Of a stretch of 64,000 nucleotides of DNA, positions 61,128 to 64,000 are shown one piece after another. The notes under the pieces are model-generated. The model made no database searches. It worked only from the letters and a program-made list of their open reading frames with translations, and was not told the DNA's origin. Source of the stretch: Leptospirales bacterium (GTDB taxonomy: Bacteria > Spirochaetota > Leptospiria > Turneriellales > JAOUFE01); contig JBEQLE010000014.1 of NCBI GenBank assembly GCA_040326155.1, forward strand, positions 1 through 64,000. Direction: 5' to 3'. Made by a program: the position numbers and the translations under genes. How positions within the stretch are numbered: the stretch's first letter is position 1; each line of letters starts with the position of its first letter.

Positions 61128-61213
61128 AAAAGGGGGGAGGTCGGTTTTTCCCCACCAGGATCACCCACAAACCCCCCTGGCGCCGACCGGTTCCCGTTCT
61201 CTGCCACCCCCCC
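61128..61213 (-). repeat. Diverged structured element, copy E4
   Basis: Minus strand: ggggtggcagagaac...tggtgggg-aaaaaccgacct-cccccc-tttt; GC-rich island in AT-rich DNA. Confidence 0.4.
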
Positions 61214-61441
61214 GGTCAATCGGTGTGGAATATCCGTTCAGAATATCAGTTAAGTCATCACTTTGGGTATTGGTAAACCAGGTTTGCACTTGCTTCGCTT
61301 GTAGAATTTTACGTGTTCTACAGAGAACAAAATATGGTTGATGGGAAGGTCGGTTTTTGAATTAAACAAATTCGTTAATAACACTTTACAAACATGCTTT
61401 AAATTCTTATTCTGTATATCAAGAAAAGGATTTATACAATT

Positions 61442-62101
61442 ATGGAACCAGACTATCTACAACAATACAAAGATTACTATCGAGTTAGAGCCGAACGCTT
61501 TGCAAATAATACCAATTACAAGTTTTCATACGAAGCAGAATCTAACCTCTCAAATGCGATGCACTCATGTAACGAACTAATTGAGTTTAAAGACAAAATT
61601 GGTAACTTGAATGAAATATGTGCAAATGCTTTGATTAAAGACGAGCATATAATGGAAAAAGCGTTTTATGAAAAGCATAAAGAAGAAATTCGTGTTCTTG
61701 CTGCCGATCGTATTCTTGAAAATTTAGATGATTGCACCAATACCGAAGAGTTAACAACTTTGGTGATAGAAGAAATGAATAAAAATAGTTTAGAAATTTC
61801 TATGGATGAATACCAGCGCGAATTCCAAGGTGACTGGGGTCAATTAGATGAAATAGAAATTTATGAAAATGCAGTTGTTCCTGGTAATTATAAAGGCGAA
61901 ATGCAGTCAGTAGTTGAAGAAGTTCAAAAAAGTATTATTGAAGGTAATGAAAGTACAGAAAATGAAGCTCGCAAGTTTCAGCCAGATTATGTAATGAAAC
62001 CTGAGTTAAATAAAGAACATCGACATCGCAGGCTTATTCCTTATGCTGATGAGCATCTCGATGAACAATTAGAAAAATATAAATCACTGATAAAGAGATA
62101 A
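61442..62101 (+). CDS. Hypothetical acidic helical protein
   Basis: 219-aa ORF, AAGGA upstream, no signal peptide or recognised motif. Confidence 0.75.
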   Translation: MEPDYLQQYKDYYRVRAERFANNTNYKFSYEAESNLSNAMHSCNELIEFKDKIGNLNEICANALIKDEHIMEKAFYEKHKEEIRVLAADRILENLDDCTNTEELTTLVIEEMNKNSLEISMDEYQREFQGDWGQLDEIEIYENAVVPGNYKGEMQSVVEEVQKSIIEGNESTENEARKFQPDYVMKPELNKEHRHRRLIPYADEHLDEQLEKYKSLIKR

Positions 62102-62104
62102 AAT

Positions 62105-63496
62105 ATGCCAATAGATGAATTTATTTTAGGCCCAATGATTACTCCCTATGAGAACATGATAAAAGATGTTGATTCACGTAGTATTTCGAATGAACACACA
62201 GAAGAAATGAAAAACCTTTTTAAAAGGATGCAAGAATTAGGGCAAGAGCACTCCGACATAAGTGAATTTACCGGCATTTGCATGCAAGAAGACTTATTCG
62301 GAAAGTTTGGCATTCTATATGGCCAAGCAATTACTCCGCAACCTACAGAAGGCTCAGCAGACCCAGCTGATTATGATGATGCAGCATTGCTCAAACAAAC
62401 AGTTAGCGCTTTAAAACAAAGCATCGATCAAATTAGACAGAGTAAAGAAGCTGCACTTAAAGAAGCATCGAAAGATCCTAAAGAAAATTTGGCGAACGAA
62501 GCTGCTTTTGCACGCCGTTTCGCTGCTCAACATGGTATCGATTCACAAGGAATCGATATCGAAAAAGCACAAAGTGCTAATATAGACAAGCAAATAGCTA
62601 AAAATCCAAATGCTTATAATAATTCGGCAGAAATCGAAGTATTAGATAATTCAGAAGATCTTATTAAGCCTATTCAAGATTTAATTGATCTCGGAGAACA
62701 AGAAGGGATGACCTTTCCTGATTATTTGAGAATTCAAATTGAGAAAGGTTTAGATAAAGCAATGGAAGGTTCTGTTTCAACGCGTAAGGGTTTAGAATAT
62801 TCTTTGAATTGGGCGAAGGCCAGTATGACAAGCCCTTTTCATATCGAGAAATGTCAAAAACACTTAGATGTATTTGATAAATTGGCGAGCGAACAAAAAT
62901 TTGGTGTTCCCAATTGGAAGCAGCTCAAATGGGCAACGAATGACGTTGATTACGAGTTTGAACCAGGCATGGGAAAGTGGGCAGAAATAACTAGCAGGTG
63001 GGAGTCAATCTTAGATGATATACATGATTGGAGCCTTGCATATTGCAGTCATGCTGGTTATGTAGACCCATGGAAAGACATAGCAGTGTCTCGAAAACCA
63101 AAAGCGATTCAAAAATCAAAAGATATCTTGCCGGGTATCATCAAACAAAAAGAAAGATTATTACTGAAATATTTCGGAATTTCTTTTCAAGATATTTTTA
63201 CCCACGAAACATTCAATTGGGCCATAGAAACGAATAGTATTTATCATTCGAAAGAATTTATCGAGTTCCTCAAAGAAAAAGTTTATCAAACGTGCGTTCC
63301 ACTGCAACACATGCCAGACGAACTAATAGCAGAAAGAGAAAGATTGTCTAAAGAAGATAGAGAAGTAAATCCTAAATTAACTGAACCTGCTGAGCGTACA
63401 AAAAAGTTTTACGATAGCAAATTTGGCGAAGGAAGGTTCGTTTCTAAATTTGGTGAAATTACACCAGTAGAAAGTAACGCTGCACCTTGGAACTAA
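62105..63496 (+). CDS. Hypothetical helical protein
   Basis: 463-aa ORF starting 3 bp after the previous gene; no recognised motif. Confidence 0.8.
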   Translation: MPIDEFILGPMITPYENMIKDVDSRSISNEHTEEMKNLFKRMQELGQEHSDISEFTGICMQEDLFGKFGILYGQAITPQPTEGSADPADYDDAALLKQTVSALKQSIDQIRQSKEAALKEASKDPKENLANEAAFARRFAAQHGIDSQGIDIEKAQSANIDKQIAKNPNAYNNSAEIEVLDNSEDLIKPIQDLIDLGEQEGMTFPDYLRIQIEKGLDKAMEGSVSTRKGLEYSLNWAKASMTSPFHIEKCQKHLDVFDKLASEQKFGVPNWKQLKWATNDVDYEFEPGMGKWAEITSRWESILDDIHDWSLAYCSHAGYVDPWKDIAVSRKPKAIQKSKDILPGIIKQKERLLLKYFGISFQDIFTHETFNWAIETNSIYHSKEFIEFLKEKVYQTCVPLQHMPDELIAERERLSKEDREVNPKLTEPAERTKKFYDSKFGEGRFVSKFGEITPVESNAAPWN

Positions 63497-63585
63497 TTTA
63501 ACAAGGGTTCAGCTGACAAAAACGCAGGTGAGTTCTGTGAGGGATTGGATTTTCTCACAAATAAAATGTATAGGGAGAAAATAAC

Positions 63586-64000
63586 ATGTCTATTCGAAAA
63601 ACAAGAATCTTAATCACCTTACTCAGCCTGACTTTGCTGGGTCTGGGCACAGGATATTCAGCTAAAGGAAATAACAATAAGCAGAAAGATTATAAAACAA
63701 CCGGTTCTATCCAAATGAATGAAAAAGTCTTAACATTAAAGTCCAGCTTTAATTATTGGGACTCTGAAAAAAATGAACTTTATGTTAACTTATTTCCCTT
63801 TGAGCTTACAAAAGATGAAATGGAAAAATTAAAGAAACAACATGGTGGTTCATTTTTGATTATTATGAATAAGCCAAGCCCTGATAAGAAATTCTGGGAT
63901 TGGTGCCCTTATGTAGAATTGACATTTAAATTTGAACCCAACACAACCGAATTGAGTTCAGATCGTCTAGTATCATATTCACTAAACATATTCTGGATAG
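63586..64000 (+). CDS. Exported hypothetical protein (partial, runs off window)
   Basis: SD AGGGAG; MSIRKTRILITLLSLTLLGLGTGYSA signal; frame open to the window end. Confidence 0.7.
   Translation, partial: MSIRKTRILITLLSLTLLGLGTGYSAKGNNNKQKDYKTTGSIQMNEKVLTLKSSFNYWDSEKNELYVNLFPFELTKDEMEKLKKQHGGSFLIIMNKPSPDKKFWDWCPYVELTFKFEPNTTELSSDRLVSYSLNIFWI

Overview
A gene-dense, AT-rich bacterial window. It is most likely from a Leptospirales-like spirochaete, inferred from a Lig-like giant adhesin, a DUF1554 lipoprotein, a 7TM-DISM kinase, futalosine-pathway mqnD, a bacterial histone and many lipoproteins. Housekeeping genes (glpK, cspA, hflX, lolC/E-lolD, rpe, mqnD, pyrE) are interleaved with accessory genes. 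Highlights: (1) a three-gene porin / 16-haem / ~30-haem cytochrome operon (51499-57775) that looks like an extracellular electron-transfer conduit, bracketed by a 56-bp imperfect direct repeat; (2) a dispersed, covarying structured element (GGGGWAGC...stem...AGYGRGGGG-hairpin) in three clear copies and one weaker copy, which I cannot match to a known family; (3) a 62-aa bacterial histone plus an H1-like basic protein; (4) an HD-CE/Hsp90-like ATPase next to a zeta-like toxin pair (candidate defence islet); (5) a long G-U-supported hairpin after cspA; (6) a 17-bp inverted repeat around lolC/E-lolD. I saw no rRNA, tRNA, CRISPR array, transposase or integrase. All family calls come from motif recognition by eye, not from database searches.
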